Source of the DNA: Alphaproteobacteria bacterium
GTDB lineage: Bacteria; Pseudomonadota; Alphaproteobacteria; GCA-2731375
DNA length: 64,000 bases
Direction: 5' to 3'
NCBI GenBank assembly: GCA_965232515.1
Contig: CBDDPY010000002.1
Span: forward strand, 1,408,001 to 1,472,000
The notes under the pieces are model-generated. The model made no database searches. It was not told the DNA's origin and worked only from the letters and a program-made list of their open reading frames with translations. A program made the translations under genes and the position numbers. Shown in pieces: positions 35,985 through 47,971 of the stretch (positions are counted from its first letter, which is position 1; each line of letters opens with the position of its first letter).

Positions 35985-37394
35985 CTATGAAAGCAGGCCG
36001 GCGATGTACTCGACCACCCGCAGGTTGACGAGATCGTTCCACGTCACAAAAACGGTAAGGCCCAATATCATCATCAGGCCGACGCGAAAAGCATACTCCT
36101 GCATCCGCTCGGTCAACGGCTTGCCGCGGATGGCTTCGCAGGCATAGAACAACAAATGCCCGCCGTCGAGTACGGGCACCGGAAATAGGTTGATAATTCC
36201 CAAATTAAGGGAAAGCAGCACCGACAACAGGATGAGCTGTTCCACGCCTCCCTGGGCCGCCTGACCGGAAACATGCGCGATTCGCAGCGGCCCGCCCAAC
36301 TCCTCGGTGCCGCGGGTCCCCATGATCATCTGGCCGACATATTCGAACGTGCGGTCGACCATATTGACCGAAACCTTCGCCGCCTCAACGAGGGAGCTCA
36401 GCGGACCATGACGGTAGAGCGGCCGTGGCGCCCGTTCGATACCCAGCAGCCAGCGGTCGACGGTCACACCGCCAGCGGTTTCCGTGCTGTGGCGCTCGGC
36501 CGCGACCCGCAACCGAACCTCCTCGCCGTTCCGCACGACGTCGACCTGCAGCTCGCGACCGGCACTGGCCGCCACCACGTCCTGCAGCCGCTCGAAATTG
36601 TCGACCGCGGCATCATCGATGCGAACGATATGATCGCCGGCCAGGAAGCCGGCGGCCTCGGCCGGGCTGTCGGGCCGGACCGCGCCGATGATCGCCTTGT
36701 TCGCCGGAAAGACGTCGATCACGCCGAACAGGCTGACGGGGCCATTCGCGGGATCGGTCTCAACCTCGGTCGGCGTAACCGAGAGCGTCAGCGTGTCGTC
36801 GCCCCGGCGGACGACGATCGGAATGGTCCGGTCCGGATTCATGAACACGGCTTCGTTCACATCCTCGAACCGGGTCACGGTGTCGCCGTCAATCTCCAGG
36901 ACCACGTCACCGGCGACGAGACCGGCGGCGGCGCCGGCGCCGTCGGGCAGGACCCGACCGATCTCCGGCGGGGTGATCCGCTGTCCATAGAAGATGAACA
37001 GGCCGGCCAGCACGACGATGGCGTAAATGAAGTTCGCGATCGGCCCGGCCGCGACAATGGCCGCCCGTTGCCCGAGGCGTTTGTGGTGGAACGAGACGGC
37101 CTGCTCGTCCGGACTGAGCGACGACACCACGTCCTTGTCGGCGGCGCTCGCCGCGTTGCTGTCGCCAAAGAACTTCACATAGCCGCCAAGCGGAATTGAG
37201 GCGATCTTCCAGCGCGTCCCGCTCTTGCCGGTCCAGCCGTAGAGCTCAGGCCCGAATCCGATCGAGAACACCTCGACGCGCACGCCATTCCACCGCGCCA
37301 CCAGGTAATGGCCCATTTCATGCACGAATACCAAAACGGTCAAAACGACCAGGAATGGCAGCACGTAGGTCACGAGACCGGTGAGAAATTCCAT
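35985..37394 (-). CDS. rseP: RIP metalloprotease RseP with two PDZ domains
   Basis: VHEMGH, FSIGFG, PLGGYVK, AGPIANF, NLFPVPVLDGGH. Confidence 0.96.
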   Translation of the reverse strand: MEFLTGLVTYVLPFLVVLTVLVFVHEMGHYLVARWNGVRVEVFSIGFGPELYGWTGKSGTRWKIASIPLGGYVKFFGDSNAASAADKDVVSSLSPDEQAVSFHHKRLGQRAAIVAAGPIANFIYAIVVLAGLFIFYGQRITPPEIGRVLPDGAGAAAGLVAGDVVLEIDGDTVTRFEDVNEAVFMNPDRTIPIVVRRGDDTLTLSVTPTEVETDPANGPVSLFGVIDVFPANKAIIGAVRPDSPAEAAGFLAGDHIVRIDDAAVDNFERLQDVVAASAGRELQVDVVRNGEEVRLRVAAERHSTETAGGVTVDRWLLGIERAPRPLYRHGPLSSLVEAAKVSVNMVDRTFEYVGQMIMGTRGTEELGGPLRIAHVSGQAAQGGVEQLILLSVLLSLNLGIINLFPVPVLDGGHLLFYACEAIRGKPLTERMQEYAFRVGLMMILGLTVFVTWNDLVNLRVVEYIAGLLS

Positions 37395-37439
37395 GCTGTC
37401 GGAGGTCCTTCGTTACCTATTCCGGCCCACGGTCGACTG

Positions 37440-38618
37440 CTATGTCGCGCCGACAAGATCGGCTGCCGTCCGGCGCGCGTCGGCGTCCGCCTCGTCGACC
37501 TCATCGAGACAGCCGATCGGCGATTGCACAAGTCGCTGCAAAGTCTCCTCGACAATGCGGGCAATGTCGAGAAACCCGATACGGCCGGCCAAGAAAGCCT
37601 CGACGGCGACTTCATTGGCGGCATTGAGGATAGTTGGCGCCGCGCCGCCGGTTTGCAAGGCTTGGCGGGCCAGGCGGATGGCCGGGAAAAGCTCGGAATC
37701 CGGCGCCTGGAAATCCAGCCGGCCGATCGTGGCCAGGTCCAGTCGGGGCGCCGGCGTCTCGATCCGGGCCGGCCAGCCCAACGTGTAGGCGATCGGCGTC
37801 CGCATATCCGGCGCACCGAGCTGAGCCAGCACCGAGCCGTCGCGATAGGCTACCAGCGAGTGCACGACCGACTGCGGATGGATCAGCACCTCGATCTGCC
37901 CGCCGTCGACGGGGAACAGATAGGCCGCCTCGATCAGTTCGAGCCCTTTGTTCATCATGGTCGCCGAGTCGACGGAGATCTTGACGCCCATCTGCCAATT
38001 CGGGTGGTCGATGGCCTGGGCTGGCGTGACCTCGGCCATGGCCGAACGGTCGAGGTTGAGGAACGGCCCGCCCGAGGCCGTCAGGATAATGCGCTCGACC
38101 GCGTCCGGCCGGTCGAAGTCGAAAACCTGGAAGATCGCGTTGTGTTCGGAATCGACCGGCAACAGGGTCGCCCCGCTGCTGCGCACCTGCTCCAGCATCA
38201 GTTCGCCGGCGCAGACAAGGCATTCCTTGTTGGCCAGCGCGACAACGGCGCCACGCTGGACGGCGGCAAGGGTCGGCCGCAAACCGGCCGCCCCGACGAT
38301 CGCCGCCATGACCCAGTCGGCCGGCCGGTCGGCCGCCTCGACCAAGGCTTGCTCGCCGGCGGCGGTCTCGATATCGGTGCCGGCCAGCGCCGCCTTCAGG
38401 TCGACGTAACGGTCGGGATCGCCGATTACGGCCAGACGAGCGCCCAACTGGCGCGCCTGTTGCGCCAGCAGGTCGACATTGCGGTAAGCGGTCAGCGCTT
38501 CGATTTCATAGGCTTCCGGATTGCGCGCGATCAGATCGATCGTGCTGCAGCCGACCGATCCCGTGGCGCCGAGAATGCTGACGCGGCGCGGCAGTGCCTG
38601 CGATGTCACCAGCTCCAT
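37440..38618 (-). CDS. dxr: DXP reductoisomerase
   Basis: LGATGSVG, LANKE, PVDSEH, TASGGPF, HPNWQMG.K, NKGLE. Confidence 0.97.
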   Translation of the reverse strand: MELVTSQALPRRVSILGATGSVGCSTIDLIARNPEAYEIEALTAYRNVDLLAQQARQLGARLAVIGDPDRYVDLKAALAGTDIETAAGEQALVEAADRPADWVMAAIVGAAGLRPTLAAVQRGAVVALANKECLVCAGELMLEQVRSSGATLLPVDSEHNAIFQVFDFDRPDAVERIILTASGGPFLNLDRSAMAEVTPAQAIDHPNWQMGVKISVDSATMMNKGLELIEAAYLFPVDGGQIEVLIHPQSVVHSLVAYRDGSVLAQLGAPDMRTPIAYTLGWPARIETPAPRLDLATIGRLDFQAPDSELFPAIRLARQALQTGGAAPTILNAANEVAVEAFLAGRIGFLDIARIVEETLQRLVQSPIGCLDEVDEADADARRTAADLVGAT

Positions 38619-39469
38619 CACCATTCCGGCACACCACCCGTGCTCAACCACACCAGGACCGCGGCGGCCGGCAGCACGAACAGCAGCGCGTCAAGCCGGT
38701 CGAGGATGCCGCCATGCCCGGGGATCAGGGCGCCGCTGTCCTTTACCGAGAAATGCCGCTTGAGCGCCGATTCCGCCAGGTCGCCGACCTGCGAGAACGC
38801 GGCCAGGACCGCACTGATCACGGTCAACTCCAGAACGCCGCCAAGCCCGGTCGTTTTCGCCGCCACGGCGCCAACCAGCGCCGCGCCGACGACCCCGCCG
38901 GCGAGCCCCGCCCAGGTTTTGTTCGGGCTGACGCGTGGCGCCAGTTTGGGCCCGCCGATGCCACGGCCGGCGGCATAGGCGCCGCTGTCGCTGGCCCAGA
39001 CCAGAACCAACACCCAGAGCACGGCTTCCAGCCCGACGTCAGGAAGTTGGCGCAGCCAGACGGCGGCAATACATGGCAACCCCAGCCAAAGCACGCCCAG
39101 CATCGGCCAGACCAGCCGCCGGTTTTGCCAATGTCCGATAACCGCCATCAGCGGAACCGCCGCCAGCAGCAGATAAACGGCCTCCATGGTCGCGCCGATG
39201 GCCGTCAGCAAGACCGTCGACAGCATCAGCACGGCCAGTGCGATCCCCGACGGACCAACGCCGGTACCGCCCGTCAGGCGGTCCCATTCATGGGCCATCA
39301 GCAGGCCGGCGACCGCGACCAACCCCGTAAACCACCAGCCGCCGAGCGCAACCAGGGCCACGGCAACCGGGATCAGAACCGCGGCCGATAAGACGCGCAG
39401 CCGAAGATTGCTGGCCGTGGCCTCAGCCACTCGTGGCGCCGTATCGTCGCTCGCGGCCGTGAAACTCAT
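38618..39469 (-). CDS. cdsA: phosphatidate cytidylyltransferase
   Basis: [41 protein letters not shown]. Confidence 0.96.
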   Translation of the reverse strand: MSFTAASDDTAPRVAEATASNLRLRVLSAAVLIPVAVALVALGGWWFTGLVAVAGLLMAHEWDRLTGGTGVGPSGIALAVLMLSTVLLTAIGATMEAVYLLLAAVPLMAVIGHWQNRRLVWPMLGVLWLGLPCIAAVWLRQLPDVGLEAVLWVLVLVWASDSGAYAAGRGIGGPKLAPRVSPNKTWAGLAGGVVGAALVGAVAAKTTGLGGVLELTVISAVLAAFSQVGDLAESALKRHFSVKDSGALIPGHGGILDRLDALLFVLPAAAVLVWLSTGGVPEW

Positions 39470-40157
39470 TGATGGCCTCTACCAGGTTCTGCTTGTTGAA
39501 GTCGGGCCACAGGGTGTCCATGAACACCAGCTCCGTATACGCCGACTGCCACAACAGAAAGTTACTCAGCCGCTGCTCGCCGCTCGTGCGGATCAGGATA
39601 TCGGGATCGGGGATGTCGATGGTCTGCAGATAGCCGGCAAACCGCGTTTCGTCGATGTCGTCCGGCCGCAGGCGCCCGTCGGCGACGTCTCGGGCGATGG
39701 CCCGCGCCGCGCAGACGATCTCATTGTGGCTGCCGTAGTTGAGGGCGATGACCAGGGTCAACCCGCCGTTCCCGGCCGTCCGGCTCTCGGCTTCGTCGAT
39801 CAGCGACACGATGTCATCCGCCAACCCGTGGCGCTCGCCGATGAAGCGGACGCGCACACCGCTTCGATGCAGAGCCGCCAGCTCGCGCCGCAGATAGACC
39901 CGCAGAAGGCCCATGAGGTCTTCGACCTCCGAGGGCGGCCGCTTCCAGTTCTCAGACGAGAAAGCGTAGAGCGTCAGATAGCCGATTCCGAGATCCTGTG
40001 CGCCCTCGACCACCCGTCTGACGGCCTCGGAGCCGCGCTGGTGTCCGGCGATACGTGGCAGGCCCCTCGCCTTCGCCCAACGGCCGTTGCCATCCATGAT
40101 GATGGCGACGTGGGCCGGCGGACTCAGGTCCGTTTTTTGCGCTGATGCGGTCGACAT
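39423..40157 (-). CDS. uppS: undecaprenyl diphosphate synthase
   Basis: [38 protein letters not shown]. Confidence 0.97.
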   Translation of the reverse strand: MSTASAQKTDLSPPAHVAIIMDGNGRWAKARGLPRIAGHQRGSEAVRRVVEGAQDLGIGYLTLYAFSSENWKRPPSEVEDLMGLLRVYLRRELAALHRSGVRVRFIGERHGLADDIVSLIDEAESRTAGNGGLTLVIALNYGSHNEIVCAARAIARDVADGRLRPDDIDETRFAGYLQTIDIPDPDILIRTSGEQRLSNFLLWQSAYTELVFMDTLWPDFNKQNLVEAINEFHGRERRYGATSG

Positions 40158-40161
40158 CGCG

Positions 40162-40719
40162 TCAAACCTGCATGATTTCCTTTTCCTTGGTCGCAAGAGC
40201 GTCATCGATTTTCCCGATCACCTCGTCGGTGATTTTCTGAATCTCCTGCCCCCAATGGCGATGCTCGTCCTCACTGATCTCGTGGTCTTTTTCCATGCGC
40301 TTGAGCAGTTCCATGCCGTCCCGACGGACATTGCGCACGGCCACGCGGGTCTGTTCGGCGTACTTGCCGGCGACCTTCGTCATTTCCTGTCTGCGTTCCT
40401 CGGTCAGCTCCGGTATCGGCACCCGTACGAGCTGGCCGTCGGAGGCCGGATTGAGACCGAGGTTCGACTCTCGGATGGCCTTCTCGACAGCCCCGACCAA
40501 CGACTTGTCCCAGACCTGAACCGTCAGCATGCGCGGCTCCGGTGCGCTGACGGTGCCGACCTGGTTCATCGGCATCTGGCTGCCATAAGCATCGACCGTC
40601 ACCGGTTCCAACAGGCTGGTCGACGCCCGCCCGGTCCGCAGGCCGCCGAATTCCTGCCGCAGGACCTCCAGAGCGCCATTCATGCGTCGTCTCAAATCGG
40701 CAAGGTCCGGCTCCGCCAT
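40162..40719 (-). CDS. frr: ribosome recycling factor
   Basis: [30 protein letters not shown]. Confidence 0.98.
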   Translation of the reverse strand: MAEPDLADLRRRMNGALEVLRQEFGGLRTGRASTSLLEPVTVDAYGSQMPMNQVGTVSAPEPRMLTVQVWDKSLVGAVEKAIRESNLGLNPASDGQLVRVPIPELTEERRQEMTKVAGKYAEQTRVAVRNVRRDGMELLKRMEKDHEISEDEHRHWGQEIQKITDEVIGKIDDALATKEKEIMQV

Positions 40720-40722
40720 GGC

Positions 40723-41472
40723 TCAGTCTCCCTCCGTTATGATCGTGAAGCGCCCGTGCCCCGATACCACGTCGGCGAACGCTCCCGGATTGTGTATGGA
40801 GAAAACCAGTATCGGAATATTGTTTTCGCGGGCAAGCGAGATCGCCGAGGCGTCCATCACCCGCAGGTCACGGGCCAGCACCTCGTGATAGGTCAGCTTG
40901 TCGTATCGCGTGGCGTCGGCATCGACCTTCGGGTCGGCGCTATAGACGCCATCGACCTGGGTTGCCTTCAGCAAAAGGTCGCATCCCATTTCGGCCGCCC
41001 GAAGCGCCGCCGTGGTGTCCGTGGTGAAGAACGGATTGCCCGTGCCGGCGGCAAAGATCACCACCCGGCCCTTTTCGATATGCCGCACCGCCCGCCGCCG
41101 GATGTAAGGCTCGCAGACCGTCGACATGGGAATCGCCGACAGCACCCGGGTCTCCAGGCCCTGCGCCTCAAGCGCGTTCTGCACGGCCAGCGCGTTGATA
41201 ACCGTCGCCAGCATGCCCATGTAGTCGGCGCTGGCCCGTTCCATGCCCACGGTCGCGGCGGAGATGCCGCGGAAGATGTTGCCGCCGCCGATGACCAGGC
41301 AAACCTCGACGCCCAGATCGGCCACCTGCCGCACGTCGCCGGCAATCTGCCGCACCGTCTCGAAGTCGATGCCGTAATCGCCGTCGCCCATCAGGGCTTC
41401 GCCGGAGACCTTTAACAGCACACGGCGATACTGGGCGGCTGAGACGGCAGGGCTGGCTTCGGAGCTTGGCAT
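40723..41472 (-). CDS. pyrH: UMP kinase
   Basis: [36 protein letters not shown]. Confidence 0.97.
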   Translation of the reverse strand: MPSSEASPAVSAAQYRRVLLKVSGEALMGDGDYGIDFETVRQIAGDVRQVADLGVEVCLVIGGGNIFRGISAATVGMERASADYMGMLATVINALAVQNALEAQGLETRVLSAIPMSTVCEPYIRRRAVRHIEKGRVVIFAAGTGNPFFTTDTTAALRAAEMGCDLLLKATQVDGVYSADPKVDADATRYDKLTYHEVLARDLRVMDASAISLARENNIPILVFSIHNPGAFADVVSGHGRFTIITEGD

Positions 41473-41632
41473 CGCGGCTATCCAGGCGGCATGACCATAC
41501 GGATAATCGGGGCCGCCAGCGTCCGGCGCGGCGGCGCCCATGACGGCTGATCGCGGGCCCCGGAAATCACGGGGAACCTACTACAATCCCGGCACCGACA
41601 ACAGCAATGCCGGCACCCCCGATCGGCTGGCG

Positions 41633-42559
41633 TCAGCCGGCGACCTGCGCCGCAACCTCGGCAGCGAAATCCGATTCCTGCTTTTCAATCCCCTCACCCA
41701 GCGAAAAGCGCGCGAATTCCGTCACCTTCACGTCGGCGCCGACATCCTGGCTGGCGTCCTCCAAAACCTTGGCAACGGTCCGTTCGCCGTCGTGGACCCA
41801 GGTCTGCTGAAGCAGAACCACCTCTTCATAGAACTTGCGCAGTCGGCCTTCGACCATCTTTTCGATGATATTTTCAGGCTTGCCCGATTCGCGCGCCTGC
41901 TCGATCAGGACGCTGCGCTCGCGCTCGACAGCGGTCGGGTCAAGGTCGTCCACGCTGACCGACTCCGGCGCGGCGGCGGCGATGTGCATGGCGATCTGCT
42001 TGCCAAGTTCGGTCAGCTTCGCCGAATCGCCCGTCGAACTGAGACCGACAAGCACGCCGATGCGGCCCATGCCGGGTTGGACGGCGCCATGCACGTAGCT
42101 GCCGACAACCCCGCTGTCGACGTTGATAACGGCCGCGCGGCGCAGGCTCATGTTCTCGCCGATGGTCGCGATCAGCTGCGTCAGCTCGTCCGCCACGTTC
42201 CGCCCCGTGCCCGGATAATCGGCCGCTTGCAGCGCGGCGATGTCACCACCGGTGTCCTTCGCCAGCGTCGCGATGTTAGCGGCGAAGCCCTGGAACTGCT
42301 CGTTGCGCGCAACGAAATCGGTCTCGGAGTTCACTTCGACGACAGCACCCGTGGCGCCGTCGGCGGCGACCGCCACCAGTCCTTCGGCGGCGACGCGGCC
42401 AGCCTTCTTCGCCGCGGCGGCCAATCCCTTCGAACGCAGCCAGTCGACCGCCGCTTCCATATCGCCCTCGTTTTCCTGCAAGGCCTTCTTGCAGTCCATC
42501 ATGCCGGCGCCGGTTTTGTCGCGTAGCTCTTTGACGAGCGCCGCCGTGATATTCGTCAT
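41633..42559 (-). CDS. tsf: elongation factor Ts
   Basis: [26 protein letters not shown]. Confidence 0.98.
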   Translation of the reverse strand: MTNITAALVKELRDKTGAGMMDCKKALQENEGDMEAAVDWLRSKGLAAAAKKAGRVAAEGLVAVAADGATGAVVEVNSETDFVARNEQFQGFAANIATLAKDTGGDIAALQAADYPGTGRNVADELTQLIATIGENMSLRRAAVINVDSGVVGSYVHGAVQPGMGRIGVLVGLSSTGDSAKLTELGKQIAMHIAAAAPESVSVDDLDPTAVERERSVLIEQARESGKPENIIEKMVEGRLRKFYEEVVLLQQTWVHDGERTVAKVLEDASQDVGADVKVTEFARFSLGEGIEKQESDFAAEVAAQVAG

Positions 42560-42627
42560 AACTGATCCTCTTGCCTAAAAACGTTCGCTAACCCACTGGC
42601 GTTCTTGCAACACCGCTGGATCGCACA

Positions 42628-43515
42628 TCAGGATGTCGCGGCGGCCGCCTCCGGCTCCGCGGCTTCCGATGTTTCGGCCGGGGCCGCGGGGGCTTCGGCG
42701 CCCTCTGCCTGCACGGCATCGCCTTCGGCCGGTGCCGGTGCCGCGGCCTCTGCCTCGGCCGGCAGCTCCTCGACCACCGGCTCTTCGGCCTCGCCAATAT
42801 CCTCGCCGCTCGCCGCAATCTCGCGCTGCAGGCCGGAAATCACGGCGCGGGAGGCGAGATCCAGATAGAGGCTGATGGCGCGCGCCGCGTCGTCATTGCC
42901 CGGGATCGGATGGCTGACGATGTCGGGGTCGCAATTGCTGTCGACGATCGCCAGAACCGGAATGCCGAGCTTGGAGGCTTCCTTGATGGCGATCTCTTCC
43001 TTGTTGGTGTCGATGACCACCAGCATGTCCGGCAGACCGCCCATTTCCTTGATGCCGCCCAGGGCCCGGACCAGCTTGTCGCGTTCGCGCGTGAGACGAA
43101 GCAGTTCCTTCTTCGTCAGGCCGACATTTTCCTCCGCCAGACGCTCTTCCAGCGTGTTCAGGCGGCGGATCGAATTCGAGATCGTCTTCCAGTTGGTCAG
43201 CATGCCGCCGAGCCAACGGTGGTTGACGTAGTACTGGCCGCAGCGCTCCGCCGCCTCGGCAATCTGCTGCGAGGCCTGGCGCTTGGTGCCGACGAACAGA
43301 ACCCGACCCCCGCCCGAAACGACATCGCGCAAGGTTGCGAGGCCGCGATGCAGCATCGGCACCGTCTGACGCAGGTCGATAATGTGAATGTTGTTCCGAA
43401 CGCCGAAGATGAAGGGATCCATCTTCGGATTCCAGCGGTGGGTCTGGTGCCCGAAATGCACGCCCGCTTCCAGAAGCTGGCGCATCGTAAAGGTTGGCAG
43501 TTCAGCGACGCTCAT
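42628..43515 (-). CDS. rpsB: 30S ribosomal protein S2
   Basis: [25 protein letters not shown]; acidic Ala/Pro/Glu tail. Confidence 0.98.
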   Translation of the reverse strand: MSVAELPTFTMRQLLEAGVHFGHQTHRWNPKMDPFIFGVRNNIHIIDLRQTVPMLHRGLATLRDVVSGGGRVLFVGTKRQASQQIAEAAERCGQYYVNHRWLGGMLTNWKTISNSIRRLNTLEERLAEENVGLTKKELLRLTRERDKLVRALGGIKEMGGLPDMLVVIDTNKEEIAIKEASKLGIPVLAIVDSNCDPDIVSHPIPGNDDAARAISLYLDLASRAVISGLQREIAASGEDIGEAEEPVVEELPAEAEAAAPAPAEGDAVQAEGAEAPAAPAETSEAAEPEAAAATS

Positions 43516-43643
43516 GCTCTCTTCTCCGGTTTGCCGCCGCGGGTGCAATATCCGATCAACCGCTCAAAGCCGAGGTCGGACACCGGAGCGACATGCCGGG
43601 TCTGTCTGTCCGGCCCGCCGCGAACCCGCGTGTGGGATAAAAT
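43516..43643 (-). ncRNA. rpsB 5' leader (t44-like S2 autoregulatory element)
   Basis: About 130-nt leader with CACACGCGGG...CCGGTG...CCCGCGGCGGCAAACCGG pairing pattern before the RBS; TTGCAT-N17-TATCTA promoter at 43651-43679. Confidence 0.6.
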
Positions 43644-43693
43644 CGAGGGCTAGATAGACCGAATCGCCGGTTTATGCAAGCGGAAGCACCGGT

Positions 43694-46600
43694 TTAGAGC
43701 TCGTGCACGTCGACCACGCCGGGCACCGCCTTGATGGCGCCACGCACGCGCGTATCGATTGAAAATGATCCGGGTATATTCACCTCGACCTCCTTGCCGC
43801 AGTCATCGAGGCTGAGCAGCAGGGAGACGGTGACGCGGCCGGCCTCACGCGTCGCCAGCAACGACTTGATCGGATCGAGCGGCGACGGATCGCGCAGGAA
43901 GACCCGGATATTGCCCTGCGCGGCGGCCGAGAATGCCGCGATCGGCGTGATCTTCTGCACGGTGAGCCGCGGTTCCTCGCCGTCGACGCGGGCTTCGACC
44001 TCCAGGACCACGGAATTGCCGGCTTCCAGGTGATCGCGGCCCACCGCCAGTTGCTCGGCAAAGACCGTGACCTCGAACATGCCGGTCGGATCCGACATCT
44101 GCACGAAGGCGAAGCGATTGCCGCGCGCCGAATTGCGCTCCTGACGGCCGAGCACGGTGCCGGCGATCCGGAACCAGGTGCCGCCGCGCTGCGCCCGCTC
44201 GCGGACGTAGGCGTAATCGTTGACATTGGCCCGCTGCAGCGCCGCCTTGTATTCGTCGAGCGGGTGGGCCGACATATAGAAGCCGACGGCGTCGAACTCG
44301 TTCGCCAGCCGCTCCGGCGCCATCCAGTCGGCCACCACCGGCAGCGCCGGTTTCGGCGCCTCGGCGCCGCCGGCCTGACCGAACAGGCTGACCTGATTGC
44401 TGTCGCGGTCGGCCGCCGCCTGCTGGGCATACCGCAAGACCAGGTCGACGGCGTCCAGCATCTGCGCGCGGTTCCGGTTCAGACTGTCGAACGCCCCGGC
44501 GCGGGCCAGATTCTCGAGCTGCCGCTTGTTGACCTGACGCGGGTCCAGCCGACCGGCGAAGTCCCAGATGTCGGTGAACGGTCCGTTCTGTCGGCGCTCG
44601 TCGACGATGCTGCGCATGGCTTCGCGGCCGACATTCTTAATGGCGGCAAGCGCGTAGCGGATCGCGCCGCCGTGATTGTCGTCGTCGTACTCGACGATGA
44701 ATTCGACGTCGGACCGGTTGATATCAGGCGCCCGCAACTCGATCTCGAGCCGGCCCAGCTCCTGCCGAAATGTGTTCAGCTTGTCGGTGTTGCCCATGTC
44801 CAGGCACATGGACGCGGCAAAGAACTCGACCGGGTGGTTGGCCTTCAGATAGGCGGTCTGGTAGGCGACGAGCGCGTAGCCGGCCGAGTGCGCTTTGTTG
44901 AAGCCGTAGCCGGCGAACTTGTCGACCAGATCGAAGACATAGGCCGCGCGCTCCTTGTCGACGCCGCGGGCGACGGCACCGTCGACGAAATTACCGCGCT
45001 GGGCGGCCATTTCGGCCTTGATCTTCTTGCCCATGGCCTTGCGCAGGATGTCGGCCTGGCCCAGCGTGTAGCCGGCAAAGACCTGCGCGATCTGCATCAC
45101 CTGCTCCTGATAGATGATCACGCCGTAGGTGTCGGCGACCACCGGCTCGATGGTCTCGTGCAGGAACTCCGGCTTGTCGCGGCCGTGCTTGCAGGCGATG
45201 TATTTCGGGATGTTCTCCATCGGCCCCGGCCGATAAAGCGCGACGAGCGCGATCAGGTCCTCGATGTTGCTCGGCTGCGAGTCCCGCAAGAGGTCCCGCA
45301 TGCCGCCGCTTTCAAACTGGAACACGCCGACCGCTTCCGCCCGCTGCAGCATTTCGTAGGTCGCGGCGTCGTCGAGCGGCAATCGGTCGATATCGATCTC
45401 GCCGCCATGCGCGCGCACCAAGGCGACGGCGCGGTCCAATACGGTCAGCGTCTTCAGACCGAGGAAGTCGAACTTCACCAGCCCGGCGCGTTCGACCCAC
45501 TTCATGTTGAACTGGGTGACCGGCATCTCCGAGCGCGGGTCGCGGTAGAGCGGCACCAGCGCCTCCAACGGACGGTCGCCGATGACGACGCCGGCCGCGT
45601 GGGTCGACGCATGCCGATAGAGCCCCTCGAGCCGCAGCGAGATATCGATCAGGCGCTTCACGGTCGGGTCGTTATCGCGCTCCTCGCGCAGCCGGGGCTC
45701 GCCGTCGATGGCCTGGGCCAGCGTCACCGGGTTGGCCGGATTGTTCGGCACCAGCTTGCACAGCCGGTCGACCTGGCCGTAGGGCATCTCCAGCACCCGG
45801 CCGACGTCGCGCAACACCGCGCGGGCCTGCAGCTTTCCGAAGGTGATGATTTGGGCGACCTGCTGGTGGCCGTACTTTTCCTGCACGTAGTGGATCACGC
45901 GGTCGCGCTTTTCCTGGCAGAAATCGATGTCGAAGTCCGGCATCGAGATGCGGTCGGGATTGAGGAAGCGTTCGAACAGCAGATTGAACTGAAGCGGATC
46001 GAGATCGGTGATCTTCAGCGCCCAGGCCACCGCCGATCCGGCGCCCGAGCCACGGCCCGGACCGACCGGCACGCCGTGCGCCTTCGCCCACTGGATGAAG
46101 TCGGCGACGATCAGGAAGTAACCGGAGAAGCCCATCTTGATGACGACGTCGAGCTCGAAGGCGAGCCGCTCGCGATAGGGCTTGCCCGCCTCGGCGCGCG
46201 CGGCTTCATCCATGTCCGGGTCGAACACATGCGCCTCGAGCCGCTGCTCCAGTCCCTCTTCCGCCATGCGACGCATCAGCGTCGGCTCGTCCTCGCCCGC
46301 CCCATCGCCGAAGCTGGGCAGGATCGGATCGCGTTCCGGCGCGCGATAGGCGCAGCGGCAGGCGACCACCAACGTGTTGTCGACGGCTTCGGGCAGATCG
46401 GCGAACAGCTCGCGCATCTCGGCCGCCGACTTGAAGTAGTGCTCCGGCGTCACGCGGCCGCGCTCTTCGACGCCGATGGTCACGCCCTGGTCGATGCAGA
46501 GCAGCACGTCATGCGCCTCGTGCATGTCGCGGGACGCGAAGTAGACATCGTTGGTCGCCACAAGCGGCAGATCGAGGTCGTAGGCGATCTGCAGCAATCC

Positions 46601-47194
46601 AGGCTCGCTCTGCGCCTCCGCCGCCATGCCATGCCGCTGGATCTCGACATAGCAGCGGCCGTCGTAGATCGACGCGAGTTCGGCGGCCAACCCTGCCGCG
46701 GCGTCCGCCTGGCCCTCCAGCAGCAGGCGGCCGAGCGGCCCACCGGCGCCGCCTGTCAACAGAATAAGGCCGTCGACATGCTGGCGCAGATCGTCCAGCG
46801 CCACCTGTGCCGTCTCGCCGGCATCGGTCTCAAGGTAGGCCTTCGATGACAGCTTCAGCAGGTTCTCGTAGCCGGTCTCGTTCTGCGCCAGCAGGACGAT
46901 CCGGTCCGGCTCGGGCCGCCGCCCATTCTGAGCGTTGCCGTTTCCGTTGCCGCGTCCGTTGCCGACGTCGTCGCGAGAAAGAGCGATCAGGCAGCCGACG
47001 ATCGGCTGCACCCCCTGCCCGGCCATGACGTCGGAAAACTCGAGCGCGCCGAACAGATTACCGGTGTCGGTGATCGCCACGGCGGGCATCGTCGCGTCCG
47101 CGCAAAGCTTGCCCAGATCCTTCAGATGCAGCGCGCCTTCCGACAGCGAATAGGCACTGTGAACTCTCAGATGGACGAAATCGGCATGCGGCAT
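43694..47194 (-). CDS. dnaE: DNA polymerase III alpha subunit
   Basis: FVHLRVHSAYSL, GPGRGSGAGS, MPDFDIDF, STHAAG, KFDFLGL, GYGFNKAHS; no intein. Confidence 0.98.
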   Translation of the reverse strand: MPHADFVHLRVHSAYSLSEGALHLKDLGKLCADATMPAVAITDTGNLFGALEFSDVMAGQGVQPIVGCLIALSRDDVGNGRGNGNGNAQNGRRPEPDRIVLLAQNETGYENLLKLSSKAYLETDAGETAQVALDDLRQHVDGLILLTGGAGGPLGRLLLEGQADAAAGLAAELASIYDGRCYVEIQRHGMAAEAQSEPGLLQIAYDLDLPLVATNDVYFASRDMHEAHDVLLCIDQGVTIGVEERGRVTPEHYFKSAAEMRELFADLPEAVDNTLVVACRCAYRAPERDPILPSFGDGAGEDEPTLMRRMAEEGLEQRLEAHVFDPDMDEAARAEAGKPYRERLAFELDVVIKMGFSGYFLIVADFIQWAKAHGVPVGPGRGSGAGSAVAWALKITDLDPLQFNLLFERFLNPDRISMPDFDIDFCQEKRDRVIHYVQEKYGHQQVAQIITFGKLQARAVLRDVGRVLEMPYGQVDRLCKLVPNNPANPVTLAQAIDGEPRLREERDNDPTVKRLIDISLRLEGLYRHASTHAAGVVIGDRPLEALVPLYRDPRSEMPVTQFNMKWVERAGLVKFDFLGLKTLTVLDRAVALVRAHGGEIDIDRLPLDDAATYEMLQRAEAVGVFQFESGGMRDLLRDSQPSNIEDLIALVALYRPGPMENIPKYIACKHGRDKPEFLHETIEPVVADTYGVIIYQEQVMQIAQVFAGYTLGQADILRKAMGKKIKAEMAAQRGNFVDGAVARGVDKERAAYVFDLVDKFAGYGFNKAHSAGYALVAYQTAYLKANHPVEFFAASMCLDMGNTDKLNTFRQELGRLEIELRAPDINRSDVEFIVEYDDDNHGGAIRYALAAIKNVGREAMRSIVDERRQNGPFTDIWDFAGRLDPRQVNKRQLENLARAGAFDSLNRNRAQMLDAVDLVLRYAQQAAADRDSNQVSLFGQAGGAEAPKPALPVVADWMAPERLANEFDAVGFYMSAHPLDEYKAALQRANVNDYAYVRERAQRGGTWFRIAGTVLGRQERNSARGNRFAFVQMSDPTGMFEVTVFAEQLAVGRDHLEAGNSVVLEVEARVDGEEPRLTVQKITPIAAFSAAAQGNIRVFLRDPSPLDPIKSLLATREAGRVTVSLLLSLDDCGKEVEVNIPGSFSIDTRVRGAIKAVPGVVDVHEL

Positions 47195-47290
47195 CGGACA
47201 AACGCTGGTTCAGAATCGGCTGGACGGCCGGAATGATCCCACGCCCGCCCATGGCCGCCAACACGCGCCGACAAAAATATCGGTGGAAAA

Positions 47291-47971
47291 CTATGCGTCG
47301 ACCAGGACGCCGTTCTGCAATCGAAGAATTCGGTCCATGCGACGGGCCAGATCCTCGTTGTGGGTCGCGATGACGGCGGCGAGCTTGTGATCGCGCGCCA
47401 GCGCCAGCAGGGCGTCGAAGACGACGTCGGCGGTCTCCTGATCGAGATTGCCGGTCGGCTCGTCGGCCAGCAGCACCGAGGGATCGTTGGCGACGGCGCG
47501 CGCGATGGCGACGCGCTGCTGCTCGCCGCCCGACAGCCGGGCCGGCCGGTGGCGCAGGCGGTCGGCCAGCCCCAGCCGGGTAAGCAGGTCGGCCGCCCGG
47601 GTCCGCGCCTCGGCCGGCCGTAGCCCGGCGATGCGCTGCGGCAGCATGACATTCTCGACGGCGGAGAATTCCGGCAGCAGGTGATGGAACTGATAGACGA
47701 AACCTATCTTCCGCAAACGGATCGCGGTGCGCTCGGCGTCGGACGCCGCGCCGCATGAACGTCCGTCGACCAATACTTCACCTTCGTCGGGCTTTTCCAG
47801 CAGGCCGGCGGTGTGCAACAGGGTCGACTTGCCGGCGCCGGAGGGGCCGATCAGGGCCAGCAGCTCGCCGGGCTGCAACCGCAGCGACGCGCCGCGCAGG
47901 ACTTCCAGCTTGCGGCTGCCCTGGGTAAAGGTGCGGTGAATGTCGTGCAGCTCGAGCGCCGGTTCACTCAT
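47291..47971 (-). CDS. lolD: lipoprotein-releasing ABC ATPase
   Basis: [36 protein letters not shown]. Confidence 0.93.
   Translation of the reverse strand: MSEPALELHDIHRTFTQGSRKLEVLRGASLRLQPGELLALIGPSGAGKSTLLHTAGLLEKPDEGEVLVDGRSCGAASDAERTAIRLRKIGFVYQFHHLLPEFSAVENVMLPQRIAGLRPAEARTRAADLLTRLGLADRLRHRPARLSGGEQQRVAIARAVANDPSVLLADEPTGNLDQETADVVFDALLALARDHKLAAVIATHNEDLARRMDRILRLQNGVLVDA

Noticed and set aside
36040-36240. Locally AT-richer patches inside rseP, trpC and gltX 3' regions
   Set aside because: Frames are intact and proteins conserved; may hide internal promoters, but no convincing motif and no sign of foreign DNA.
42628-42800. Ala/Pro/Glu-rich C-terminal tail of S2
   Set aside because: Common disordered extension in alphaproteobacterial S2.
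46920-46965. GNGRGNGNGNAQNG low-complexity insert in the DnaE PHP domain
   Set aside because: Short variable loop; not an intein or a meaningful tandem repeat.
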